Source: an uncultured virus (IMG/VR IMGVR_UViG_3300043438_001628)
Taxonomy: Duplodnaviria > Heunggongvirae > Uroviricota > Caudoviricetes
IMG/VR virus record: IMGVR_UViG_3300043438_001628
Length of the DNA: 64,000 nucleotides
Reading direction: 5' to 3' (one strand)
Part shown: one piece after another, positions 36,932 to 45,547 of the stretch
Layout: each line of letters begins with the position of its first letter
Position numbering within the stretch: the first letter of the stretch is position 1
Notes under the pieces: model-generated
What the model saw: only the letters and a program-made list of their open reading frames with translations
Told to the model about the DNA's origin: nothing
Databases searched by the model: none
Translations under genes and position numbers: made by a program

Positions 36932-37891
36932 ATGATCAAAAGAGATCTTCAAAACATCGGGGACGCATATGGAGACATGTTGAATGCGTTGAAGTACACC
37001 ATCGTTAAAGAATCCAAGAATTTACCAGCAAATGCGTTTGACGGTAATTTTCCTAAACAAGATGGAGGAATTGATGAAAAAGGAGGTGCTACAAAAGCAT
37101 TAAACGATGAGCATCCATCAGATTGCAAATGCGGTTGTAAAGAAGAAGATAACGAAGAGGAAGATGGGGAATATAAAAAGACCAGCAAAAATGAAAAACG
37201 AGAGATGACTCTTCGTGCAGCTCTCAAAAAACCAAACCTTTCAGATAAAGAAAGAAAAAACATCCAAGATAAATTAAACTCGATGGAAGCATGCGAATCT
37301 GAAGAAGAAAAAGAATTGCAAGAAAGTAGAAAAATTGCAAATCAAACACTAAATAAAGTTATGACTAGAAAAACACTTAGTTTTGATAAATTGTTTAAAT
37401 CCGTCGTAAATGAAAATTTCAATGGCATGGAAGATGCAGAAGATGATATCGATGCATTCGGACTCGAAGATGAAATGACAGATGACGAAATGGATTCTGA
37501 TTTAGGTGGTGGAGAAGGCGAAGTTACTTTCACTCTCGACAGAGCAACCGCACAAAAACTTCACGATGTTCTTATGAGCGCATTAGGTGATGAAGGTGAA
37601 GGCGATGACGAAGGTGATTTAGACTTCGACATGGGCGATGAAGGCGAAGACGATATGGGCGTTGAAGAAGACGAAGAAACCCAAGCAATCGGAAAGCTCA
37701 CAGGCAAGCCAAACACCGTTGGTAGTAAAGTCAAGCCGAAGGGTGGTAAGGCTTCATCAGATGTTACCGATGATGTAGGTGACGATGGCGATTACGGCCA
37801 CGCTCTTTACAATGCTAAGCAACCAAACATTGGCGCAGGTTCCAACAACAAAGTCGGAAACTACAAGAAGGGTGCTGAATACATCAAGTAA
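36932..37891 (+). CDS. Acidic prohead core/internal-type protein
   Basis: D/E-rich; late box upstream; internal in-frame box+ATG at 37350/37361. Confidence 0.65.
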   Translation: MIKRDLQNIGDAYGDMLNALKYTIVKESKNLPANAFDGNFPKQDGGIDEKGGATKALNDEHPSDCKCGCKEEDNEEEDGEYKKTSKNEKREMTLRAALKKPNLSDKERKNIQDKLNSMEACESEEEKELQESRKIANQTLNKVMTRKTLSFDKLFKSVVNENFNGMEDAEDDIDAFGLEDEMTDDEMDSDLGGGEGEVTFTLDRATAQKLHDVLMSALGDEGEGDDEGDLDFDMGDEGEDDMGVEEDEETQAIGKLTGKPNTVGSKVKPKGGKASSDVTDDVGDDGDYGHALYNAKQPNIGAGSNNKVGNYKKGAEYIK

Positions 37892-37916
37892 TTCTTAAAA
37901 AATTCATAGAAACGAG

Positions 37917-37945
37917 GGGGGAGTCTTAAATGACTCCCCCTTTTT
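37917..37945 (+). terminator. Intrinsic terminator
   Basis: gggggagtc-ttaaat-gactccccc-ttttt. Confidence 0.8.
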
Positions 37946-37959
37946 GTTAAATAGATATA

Positions 37960-38298
37960 GTGAAATCCTTTGAAACATTTTTTCTAGAATATGCTCATAA
38001 TATGGCAGATGGTACTCCTAAAATATCACCATTTCGTAATATAAAGGGAGGCAATCCAACGAGAGATATTGGAACTAGAAAGCACATGACGACCAAGGGG
38101 CCATACAAACAACTTAATCCTAAGATAAATGTATTAAATTATATCTTTCAAGGACCGGAGCTTACTGATGTATTACTCACATACAATTTAGAGTTTAAAG
38201 ATAATAAAGTATCCAAAATAAAGAACAGTCCATTCGGATTGCAAATGTATATGACACCGGAAAATAAACCAGTTGCGAGAGTGGTGAAGGTTAAATAA
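37960..38298 (+). CDS. Hypothetical late protein (MKSFETFFLE leader)
   Basis: TAAATA 6 nt before GTG. Confidence 0.7.
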   Translation: MKSFETFFLEYAHNMADGTPKISPFRNIKGGNPTRDIGTRKHMTTKGPYKQLNPKINVLNYIFQGPELTDVLLTYNLEFKDNKVSKIKNSPFGLQMYMTPENKPVARVVKVK

Positions 38299-38302
38299 TA
38301 TT

Positions 38303-39103
38303 ATGGGATGTCCTGTAACACCATTATCTTGCCTAACGCCTGCTAATATATTTGCTGGTGTTTTTAAACCAGCGTGTGGAGGATTTGCTGATCCTTCTAA
38401 ATTTCAAGCTGAAAGAACTCTGTATAACAGTGGGTTTTCAGAACTGATAAACAATTTCGGAGTTGATATAGACTATTATGTCAATACATATAATTTATCA
38501 GCTGCTAATAATTTTTATGGTGAGCACACTGTAGCTCCTTACTATGGTCCAACTACAATACGAGCATATGTTGAATATCAACACAACGGTGTTCCTCTAC
38601 AAGTGTATGGATGGGAACCAGACGACAGCATCACGCTGTATTTCCATATACAGTCTTTCACAACAGCATTTGATAATATCAATGTGCATATGAATAATGG
38701 TCAACGAGTTGAACCAAAAGCTGATGATGGATTTGTATTAACGCCTTTTGGATGTGATAGACCAGCGAATAGAAACGCTAAAACATTCGTAGTTACTGAA
38801 GTTATTGATGAAGATGGATCTACAATAAATCCACTAGCAGGGCATTATATATGGAAAGTTACAGCCAAGAGATACGATTACAGTTTTGAAGCTGGATTCC
38901 CCGATGAAGATAATAATGTTCAGGTGTATGATAACTCATTCAGCGGTGTATTGAGTTCAAGCATTACGCTGTTGGATCAATTATCGACAACTCAATTGAG
39001 CAGCAATCCAAAATCATATCCAATGGATGTTGATGAGATTGTCAAAACTCAAATATTTGACAATAGCGTTAATAATACTTCTATATACGGACAGTATTTT
39101 TAA
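38303..39103 (+). CDS. gp14: Neck / head-completion protein (gp14-like)
   Basis: ELINNFGVDIDYY...FYGE...EPK..D...YDYSFE. Confidence 0.6.
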   Translation: MGCPVTPLSCLTPANIFAGVFKPACGGFADPSKFQAERTLYNSGFSELINNFGVDIDYYVNTYNLSAANNFYGEHTVAPYYGPTTIRAYVEYQHNGVPLQVYGWEPDDSITLYFHIQSFTTAFDNINVHMNNGQRVEPKADDGFVLTPFGCDRPANRNAKTFVVTEVIDEDGSTINPLAGHYIWKVTAKRYDYSFEAGFPDEDNNVQVYDNSFSGVLSSSITLLDQLSTTQLSSNPKSYPMDVDEIVKTQIFDNSVNNTSIYGQYF

Positions 39104-39175
39104 TTGATCAATCCAGATAGTCGATGAGGTTCAAATATTTTATATTTGTAGGAAGTAGACAGTATGCGGCGATTA

Positions 39176-39481
39176 TTACTGATCGGCATTCTGCTGTTGA
39201 GCCCACACTCTTAGAGGTTCGACAGCGTTAAATATTGCGTTCATAGCTATCGCTACCTCTGGTACTTCGGCAACAGCTTTCCATAAATCACCTGTAATAC
39301 TATCAGCATATTCACTTGATGCTAACTCTTGTGTATCTTTATTATAAGGTAAAGTAATGATGGTTACTTCTCCTTTATCAATAGCGTGAGCATTTACGAA
39401 TATATTATAAAGCCAAAGATGCGGAAATGTCTTTTCAACAGTTTGAGGTATTACAATCGGATTTGGATTATTTAGTGCCAT
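39176..39481 (-). CDS. Small protein downstream of fibre gene (possible assembly chaperone)
   Basis: Own TAAATA box; position. Confidence 0.6.
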   Translation of the reverse strand: MALNNPNPIVIPQTVEKTFPHLWLYNIFVNAHAIDKGEVTIITLPYNKDTQELASSEYADSITGDLWKAVAEVPEVAIAMNAIFNAVEPLRVWAQQQNADQ

Positions 39482-39497
39482 AATTTTATTTAGTTAA

Positions 39498-41147
39498 TCA
39501 ACCTACTCTCCATACATTACCTGTCGAGAAAATAGGTATGAAGTTTGAACCACCACCAGTCACGATAGCATTAAATGTTGTTGTTGTAGAATCACTTACA
39601 AAGGTACGTTGACCCGGAACGGTAGCAGGTAAAGGTAATGTCGCGACAGTATAAATTGGTAGCTTAAGTGTACCACCTAATTGAGTTGTTTTGATAGAAG
39701 TATTACCTATAACAGCTGTGTCACTACCGAGACCTTGTGCTTGATAACCAATAACAATTTGATTTGTTTGGGTACTACTTAATGCACTTGCTTCTGTTCC
39801 AATGAAAACGCTATTGGATGGATTATTATTTGGTAAGAAACCTATAAGATTAGTAAATGTACCTGCTCTATCACCTAATGCAATGTTATTTGAACCAGTT
39901 AGATTATAATATAAAGAGCTTGTACCTACACCTACGTTACTAACGCCTGTAGTATTTAGATATAGTCCAAATCCGCCAACTGTTACATTACGCGAGCCGG
40001 TTCGATTAGCACTTAATGCCTGATGCCCTATAGCTGTATTTAAAGTGCCGCTCGTGTTACTAGCTAACGCTCTACCACCAACTGCTGTATTTTCATCTCC
40101 TGTTGTATTAAGTCTCAACGCAGCAACACCTACACCTGTATTAAAGTCACCTGTTGTAACATCTAAAGCTTCGAACCCTACAGCTGTGTTATTATTACCT
40201 GTTGTATTAGTAGATATAGCGCCTGATCCTATTGCTGTATTGTTAGCACCTGTTGTATTAGCTCTAAGCGCTTCAGAACCTATTGCTGTGTTATTACTAC
40301 CTAGTGTTGTGAATGTTAATGTATTGTAACCAGCGCCTGTGTTATTATTACCTGTTGTATTATATAGTAGAGTTTGTGATCCAATTGCTGTATTATTAAA
40401 TCCTGTTGTATTTGTTTTAAGAGTTTCATTACCTACAGCTGTATTGTGATTAACAGTAGATGTGTTATTCTGTAAAGCATTTAAACCTATAGCGACGTTT
40501 CTTGAACTATAACCATTACCTGTGTTATTTAAACCACCTAACCCCACTCTCAACCCATCTACCTGAATATTACCCTTGACACCTGTACCTTGTCTTATCA
40601 TTTCTATAACACCCGTACCACCGGTAGGTAGAACCTTCATATTCATACGAGTGAAATTCGAAAAATCGGTATATGATCCGGTAGAGATGCTACCAGTCAT
40701 ATCTTTCGAACCAGATAAGGTTATGTTACTGTTTAACCCTAAATTTGTTAAAGATTCAGTTATATTTTCAACATCGCTTAAATTTCTACTATTAACTAAT
40801 AGTGTACCAGAATATGGAGGTAAAACCCAGTATGCTGTTGATGATAATAATGGTGAGATGCTAAAATAGTATATGTAATCAGATCCCATTCCATGTAAAA
40901 GGCTATATGTAGGTAAACCTACTGCGTCACCACCCATTGCTACATAGTTAGCACCATCCTGCGCAGGTGTATTTAAACCTGCTACTATAGCTCCCGAAAG
41001 AGGTGAACTCTGATAGCGAACTATATCACTGGTTATAAATGAACTAAGATTTCCGACTTTTGTCGTTCCGCTCTGCACCAATGCAATTTGTTCAGATCCA
41101 CTGTAAGGAAGTGAAACAACTGGAAGACTTGTAATTTTAATACCCAT
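39498..41147 (-). CDS. Fibre/adhesin with ~14-aa NTAxGxxALxxNTTG beta-helix repeats (start trimmed to MGIKIT)
   Basis: About 14 repeats; KITSLP...VQSGTT anchor; TAAATA 5 nt before ATG 41147. Confidence 0.75.
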   Translation of the reverse strand: MGIKITSLPVVSLPYSGSEQIALVQSGTTKVGNLSSFITSDIVRYQSSPLSGAIVAGLNTPAQDGANYVAMGGDAVGLPTYSLLHGMGSDYIYYFSISPLLSSTAYWVLPPYSGTLLVNSRNLSDVENITESLTNLGLNSNITLSGSKDMTGSISTGSYTDFSNFTRMNMKVLPTGGTGVIEMIRQGTGVKGNIQVDGLRVGLGGLNNTGNGYSSRNVAIGLNALQNNTSTVNHNTAVGNETLKTNTTGFNNTAIGSQTLLYNTTGNNNTGAGYNTLTFTTLGSNNTAIGSEALRANTTGANNTAIGSGAISTNTTGNNNTAVGFEALDVTTGDFNTGVGVAALRLNTTGDENTAVGGRALASNTSGTLNTAIGHQALSANRTGSRNVTVGGFGLYLNTTGVSNVGVGTSSLYYNLTGSNNIALGDRAGTFTNLIGFLPNNNPSNSVFIGTEASALSSTQTNQIVIGYQAQGLGSDTAVIGNTSIKTTQLGGTLKLPIYTVATLPLPATVPGQRTFVSDSTTTTFNAIVTGGGSNFIPIFSTGNVWRVG

Positions 41148-41185
41148 GACTATATTTAATACCGACCAAAATAAATAATTCAAAC

Positions 41186-41407
41186 ATGAACAAAATAAAA
41201 CTATTAAAAGGATTAGCTCAGCGTGAAGATAAAATATTAGATGCTATTGAAGAATTACAGATTTTCTTAGATTCAACCGAAGACGAAGAACTTTCCAGTA
41301 TGGGAAATGAATTGACATCATCGCTTATTGACTTTTTGGAAGGAAATGATAATGTCAATGTACATGACATCAAAACTTTCATCGAAGACGAATACACACA
41401 GTCGTAA
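41186..41407 (+). CDS. Small acidic hypothetical protein
   Basis: TAAATA 8 nt upstream. Confidence 0.65.
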   Translation: MNKIKLLKGLAQREDKILDAIEELQIFLDSTEDEELSSMGNELTSSLIDFLEGNDNVNVHDIKTFIEDEYTQS

Positions 41408-42248
41408 AGTCCTAATTTTAGGCAGCGGCTACATAGCGAGCCATCTCAATACAACATTATTGAGTGTGGGTCACAGTGTTAAAATGCTGGACTCAAAAAG
41501 TACAAACTATCATGATGAGCGGGTCTTTTGGAGAGAGTTAAACTTCGAATTTGAACCCGACATCGTGATAAATTGCAGTGGATTCACAGGAAGACCAAAT
41601 ATAGACGAAGCAGAGTCTAAAAAAGAGGAATGTTGGAGATTAAATGTCACATCACCACTGAGATGTGCTGAATTAACAGCCCAATTGGGAAAAAGATACA
41701 TTCATATAGGAAGTGGATGCATATACACCGGATACGATGCTTCTTACACAGAAGAAGATGCTCCAAATTTCGGATTATTCGACAATGATAGTTCGTTTTA
41801 CAGCAAAACCAAGCATGCATTTGAGGTGATGACCCGACATTTACCCATCACAATAGTGAGAATTCGTATGCCTATCAGCAGCATACACGATGATCGGAGC
41901 TATTTGTCTAAAATCCGAAAATACAACGATTTGATCGATTACAAGAACAGCAAGACATACATTCCAGATCTATGCAACTTCGTCATCGAACTAATCAACA
42001 AGCAAAACACACTAGAATACAAATACGATATCTACAATGTCGTTAATCCAAACCCATTATCAACATCGGATGTTGTAAAAATCATGAAAAAGCACGGAAA
42101 GGACAATCCGAATTGGAAATTTGTGGATATTGCTGATATTCCAATCATAGCAGGGCGAAGCAACTGCATTTTAGACGATTCTAAAGTTAAAAAAATAATC
42201 GAAATGAGAGACGAACGCGATATTCTAGAGGAGGTGTTGAATGATTAA
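41364..42248 (+). CDS. NDP-4-keto-6-deoxyglucose 3,5-epimerase/4-reductase (NRS/ER, UER1-like; RmlD-family SDR)
   Basis: GSGYIA, GFTGRPNID, GCIY, SFYSKTK, RIRMPIS; start approximate. Confidence 0.8.
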   Translation: MTSKLSSKTNTHSRKVLILGSGYIASHLNTTLLSVGHSVKMLDSKSTNYHDERVFWRELNFEFEPDIVINCSGFTGRPNIDEAESKKEECWRLNVTSPLRCAELTAQLGKRYIHIGSGCIYTGYDASYTEEDAPNFGLFDNDSSFYSKTKHAFEVMTRHLPITIVRIRMPISSIHDDRSYLSKIRKYNDLIDYKNSKTYIPDLCNFVIELINKQNTLEYKYDIYNVVNPNPLSTSDVVKIMKKHGKDNPNWKFVDIADIPIIAGRSNCILDDSKVKKIIEMRDERDILEEVLND

Positions 42249-42990
42249 GAAAGCCATATGTTTAGCTGGTGGAAAAGCCACCAGATTGTATCCATTGACC
42301 CAGTTTGGTATATCCAAACAATTGTTGCCTATCTACAACAAACCGGTTATATCCTACAGCTTAGGAACTCTTCAGCGAATGGGGTATAATGAGGTTATGA
42401 TTATATGCGCTGATAAAGAGCAATTAGAGATGTATTATAACTATCTAGGCATGGGTGAAAGATTTGGTATGAAATTTGTATATAAAATACAAAACAAACC
42501 AACCGGATTGCCTGAAGCATTCACAATAGCCGGTGAATGGGGCGCAAATGCTGATAGTTTAGCTCTAATTCTAGGAGACAACATCTTTATCGGCGATCAA
42601 TGCTTGGATAAATCCCCAAACACCATTTTCACATATAAGGTTAAAAATCCAAACGATTATGGAGTTGCTGTGTTTGATTCGTCTGACACTTTGGTTGATA
42701 TTATAGAAAAGCCCACCGAATTCGTGGGAAATGATGCTGTTGTTGGGTTGTATGTATTCACACCATCCGCTATCGAAGCAGCTAAAACACTCAAACCCTC
42801 AAAAAGAGGTGAACTTGAAATTGTAGACCTGATCAAACAATTAAACGAGAAAGAAGGAGTTGACGTCTGCGATCTGCATGATATTCTCTGGTTCGATGTT
42901 GGATCTTTCGACAGTCTGTTGGATTGCGCTAATCTAGTGCGAACGATTGAAAATAGATCCAATAAAAAGCTAGGATTACAAGAATTATGA
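42241..42990 (+). CDS. rmlA: Glucose-1-phosphate thymidylyltransferase
   Basis: LAGGKATRLYPLT..SKQLLPIYNKP, LILGDNIF, EKP, SKRGELEI, WFDVGS. Confidence 0.9.
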   Translation: MIKKAICLAGGKATRLYPLTQFGISKQLLPIYNKPVISYSLGTLQRMGYNEVMIICADKEQLEMYYNYLGMGERFGMKFVYKIQNKPTGLPEAFTIAGEWGANADSLALILGDNIFIGDQCLDKSPNTIFTYKVKNPNDYGVAVFDSSDTLVDIIEKPTEFVGNDAVVGLYVFTPSAIEAAKTLKPSKRGELEIVDLIKQLNEKEGVDVCDLHDILWFDVGSFDSLLDCANLVRTIENRSNKKLGLQEL

Positions 42991-43901
42991 ATTTATGGAT
43001 TGAACGATACAGACCGCAGACACTGGACGATATGTGCTTGTCTGATGAAACTAGAGCATTTTTTGAAAGCTTTACAGATGAAATCCCACATTTCCTATTC
43101 ACAGGAGCTGCTGGAACTGGTAAAACTACAATTTCCAGAATTCTGGTTCAAGATGTATTGAAATGTGATTATCTATACATAAACGCATCAGACGAAACTG
43201 GAATCGACAACATCAGAACTAAAGTATCAGGGTTTATTCAAACCAAGAGCTTTGATGGTGGTATTAAAGTTGTCGTGCTTGATGAGGCTGATGGACTTTC
43301 AAAAGAGAGTCAGAAATGTTTGCGTAATTTGATTGAGGAGTATTCGGCAGTTGCTAGATTCATTTTAACTGCGAATTATAGACATAAGATCATGGATGCT
43401 CTACAATCTCGCTGTCAGAGTGTTGATGTTAGACCAACCTTGAAAGGGGCGGTGAAAAGATGCATGCATATCCTAAACAATGAGGGAATTGAAGTTCCAC
43501 CAGAACAAAATAAGGAAATAGTCAGATTGGTGAAGGGTTTTTTCCCGGATCTTAGAAAGTGCATCAACGAACTTCAAAAGCATTCAGTTTCCGGTGTCTT
43601 AAACATTGGTGTTAAGACAAATTCAGATGAATTGTATGCATATGTATATGCTGGCATTCAAAATAAATCATCTCTTCAAACCAGAAAATATCTGATTGAA
43701 AATGATGCGCTTTTCGATAATGATTATGAACAATTACTCAGTGGATTATTGAATTATGTATACAATCTGGAATTTGATGAAGCTCAAAAGAAACAGGCTA
43801 TCTTGCAAATAGCAGATAGCCTGTTTAAGAGTTCGATTGTCATGGACAAGGAGATCAACGCATTTGCATGTCTTCTCGCCCTTGAGAATGTTGTGAATTA
43901 A
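42987..43901 (+). CDS. gp44: Clamp loader AAA+ subunit
   Basis: WIERYRPQTL, GAAGTGKTT, INASDE, LDEAD, LQSRC, PDLRK. Confidence 0.92.
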   Translation: MNLWIERYRPQTLDDMCLSDETRAFFESFTDEIPHFLFTGAAGTGKTTISRILVQDVLKCDYLYINASDETGIDNIRTKVSGFIQTKSFDGGIKVVVLDEADGLSKESQKCLRNLIEEYSAVARFILTANYRHKIMDALQSRCQSVDVRPTLKGAVKRCMHILNNEGIEVPPEQNKEIVRLVKGFFPDLRKCINELQKHSVSGVLNIGVKTNSDELYAYVYAGIQNKSSLQTRKYLIENDALFDNDYEQLLSGLLNYVYNLEFDEAQKKQAILQIADSLFKSSIVMDKEINAFACLLALENVVN

Positions 43902-44557
43902 GGGGTTTGAGCGGCCCCTGCTGGTGCAGGGCCTTGTTGACCACCACCTTGGAACCCCTTTTTGAATGCTGCACCTGCGCCACCAGTAAATCCAGTTTTG
44001 TTGGCGGCAGCTTGGAAAGTTTCTGCTGATTCTTTAGCAGTTACGAGTTCCTGCATAATTTCAGCCATTGTCATATCCCTCACAGCCTTTTGAGCTTTGA
44101 TGAGGCCATTTTGTTGTGCTTGTGTGACTAAATCCATCAATTCTTGAGTAGCTGTTCTTGCATTTTCAATAGCATCCGCTGATTGTTTAGAATCAGCACC
44201 GGTCTGGTACATATTTTGCACATTTTTACCAACTTGTCCAGCGGCTGAAGCGATACCAGATCCAACTTGTCTTGCTGTCTGACCAGCGTTTCCGATAGCC
44301 TTTCCAACGGCTTGTCCTGCTGATTTAAGACCTCTTCCAGCGGCTCCTGCAACATTTCCGATACCAGAGGCTACTTGGCCAATTGCTTGGCCCATTTTAC
44401 CGAATAATTCTTCGATGATTTGAGCTTCTGCAATTGTCATGTATGGCAATCTGCTTTGAATTTCAGCGATTGTCATGTATGGAGCAGACTCCATTAATAG
44501 CTGGGCGGAATATGCTTCTGAGATAAGCATTGTATCAAGTTTGGTAAATTTACTCAT
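43898..44557 (-). CDS. Gly/Ala/Gln-rich late protein (start trimmed to MSKFTK)
   Basis: TAAATA 8 nt before ATG 44557; PYMTIAE repeated. Confidence 0.7.
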   Translation of the reverse strand: MSKFTKLDTMLISEAYSAQLLMESAPYMTIAEIQSRLPYMTIAEAQIIEELFGKMGQAIGQVASGIGNVAGAAGRGLKSAGQAVGKAIGNAGQTARQVGSGIASAAGQVGKNVQNMYQTGADSKQSADAIENARTATQELMDLVTQAQQNGLIKAQKAVRDMTMAEIMQELVTAKESAETFQAAANKTGFTGGAGAAFKKGFQGGGQQGPAPAGAAQTP

Positions 44558-44597
44558 GGTATTATTATTTAGAATATTGTTATATTTTTTAAAAAAA

Positions 44598-45158
44598 TTA
44601 ATGAATATTAGATTCGTAAAGTTCAGCAAGATTATGCATATCCTTTTTAAGTAAGGTGCTTTCTCCCGCTAATTTAAGATCAGTTGGGGTGTTCTTACCA
44701 TTTCCTTTATCAGTCTTACGATTGTCAGCATCACTGAAATCTTCAACCGGCTTTGGCTTGATATTAACATTATCTTTTCGTTTCCATTCATCAGGAACCG
44801 CTGGTAAATTTGTACCATCTGAATAAACTCTATCGATCATGTCAGGAGATACAGTGACTCTACCGTAATTTCTTCCACCACCTTGATCAGCAGCGATTGT
44901 TATAACAGCGGTATCAGCAGTCTTGAATTGATTCCCAGCGCTTGCGCCAGAAAGCTTGTTACCAACTTGAATAACCATTATATTCAGCTTGCAATTAGCT
45001 AAATCGTCAACTTCTCGTTGCATATCAGTTGGCATTGCTTTGTAAGCAGCGCAGGTCTTGTAGTTGGATCTGAATTTAACAACATCACCGGGAATATATC
45101 CACCGGCTTCGAAACGACCAACAACAGATTCAAAAATTTCATCAAATAGCTTTCCCAT
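44598..45158 (-). CDS. Hypothetical late protein
   Basis: TAAATA 6 nt before ATG. Confidence 0.75.
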   Translation of the reverse strand: MGKLFDEIFESVVGRFEAGGYIPGDVVKFRSNYKTCAAYKAMPTDMQREVDDLANCKLNIMVIQVGNKLSGASAGNQFKTADTAVITIAADQGGGRNYGRVTVSPDMIDRVYSDGTNLPAVPDEWKRKDNVNIKPKPVEDFSDADNRKTDKGNGKNTPTDLKLAGESTLLKKDMHNLAELYESNIH

Positions 45159-45191
45159 GCAAATTATTTAGCCTAAATGGTAAATAAAGTT

Positions 45192-45524
45192 ATGAATTTT
45201 GATAAAGTAGCATCATCAATTTTGGAATCATTACAATTTGATCAAGACGATTTTGAAATCGACATGATTGAGATCATGGAAAAGAAATCCAGTAAATGCA
45301 CTGGACCAACCAAAAAAGCCAGCAGCGACAGAAAAGGTAAAAAGTGGACCAAATGTGCTCGTCAGCCTGATGGTTCTTACAAAAGAATACACTGGGGTCA
45401 AGCGGGTGTTCGTGTAACTGGCAAGAGCGGTAATACCAAGAGAAAGAAATCATTCCGCGCAAGGCATAAATGTTCAAGTGCTAAGGCTGGTAGCCCTCAA
45501 GCAGCTGCTTGTGCTGATTGGTAA
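45192..45524 (+). CDS. Small basic Cys-containing late protein (start trimmed to MNFDKV)
   Basis: RKKSFRARHKC motif; TAAATA 5 nt before ATG. Confidence 0.75.
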   Translation: MNFDKVASSILESLQFDQDDFEIDMIEIMEKKSSKCTGPTKKASSDRKGKKWTKCARQPDGSYKRIHWGQAGVRVTGKSGNTKRKKSFRARHKCSSAKAGSPQAAACADW

Positions 45525-45547
45525 TCAAAAAAGACATATGACTATAT

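Noticed and set aside
39104..39175. tRNA/ncRNA in this convergent gap (contains GGTTCAAAT)
   Set aside because: No cloverleaf or acceptor stem could be formed
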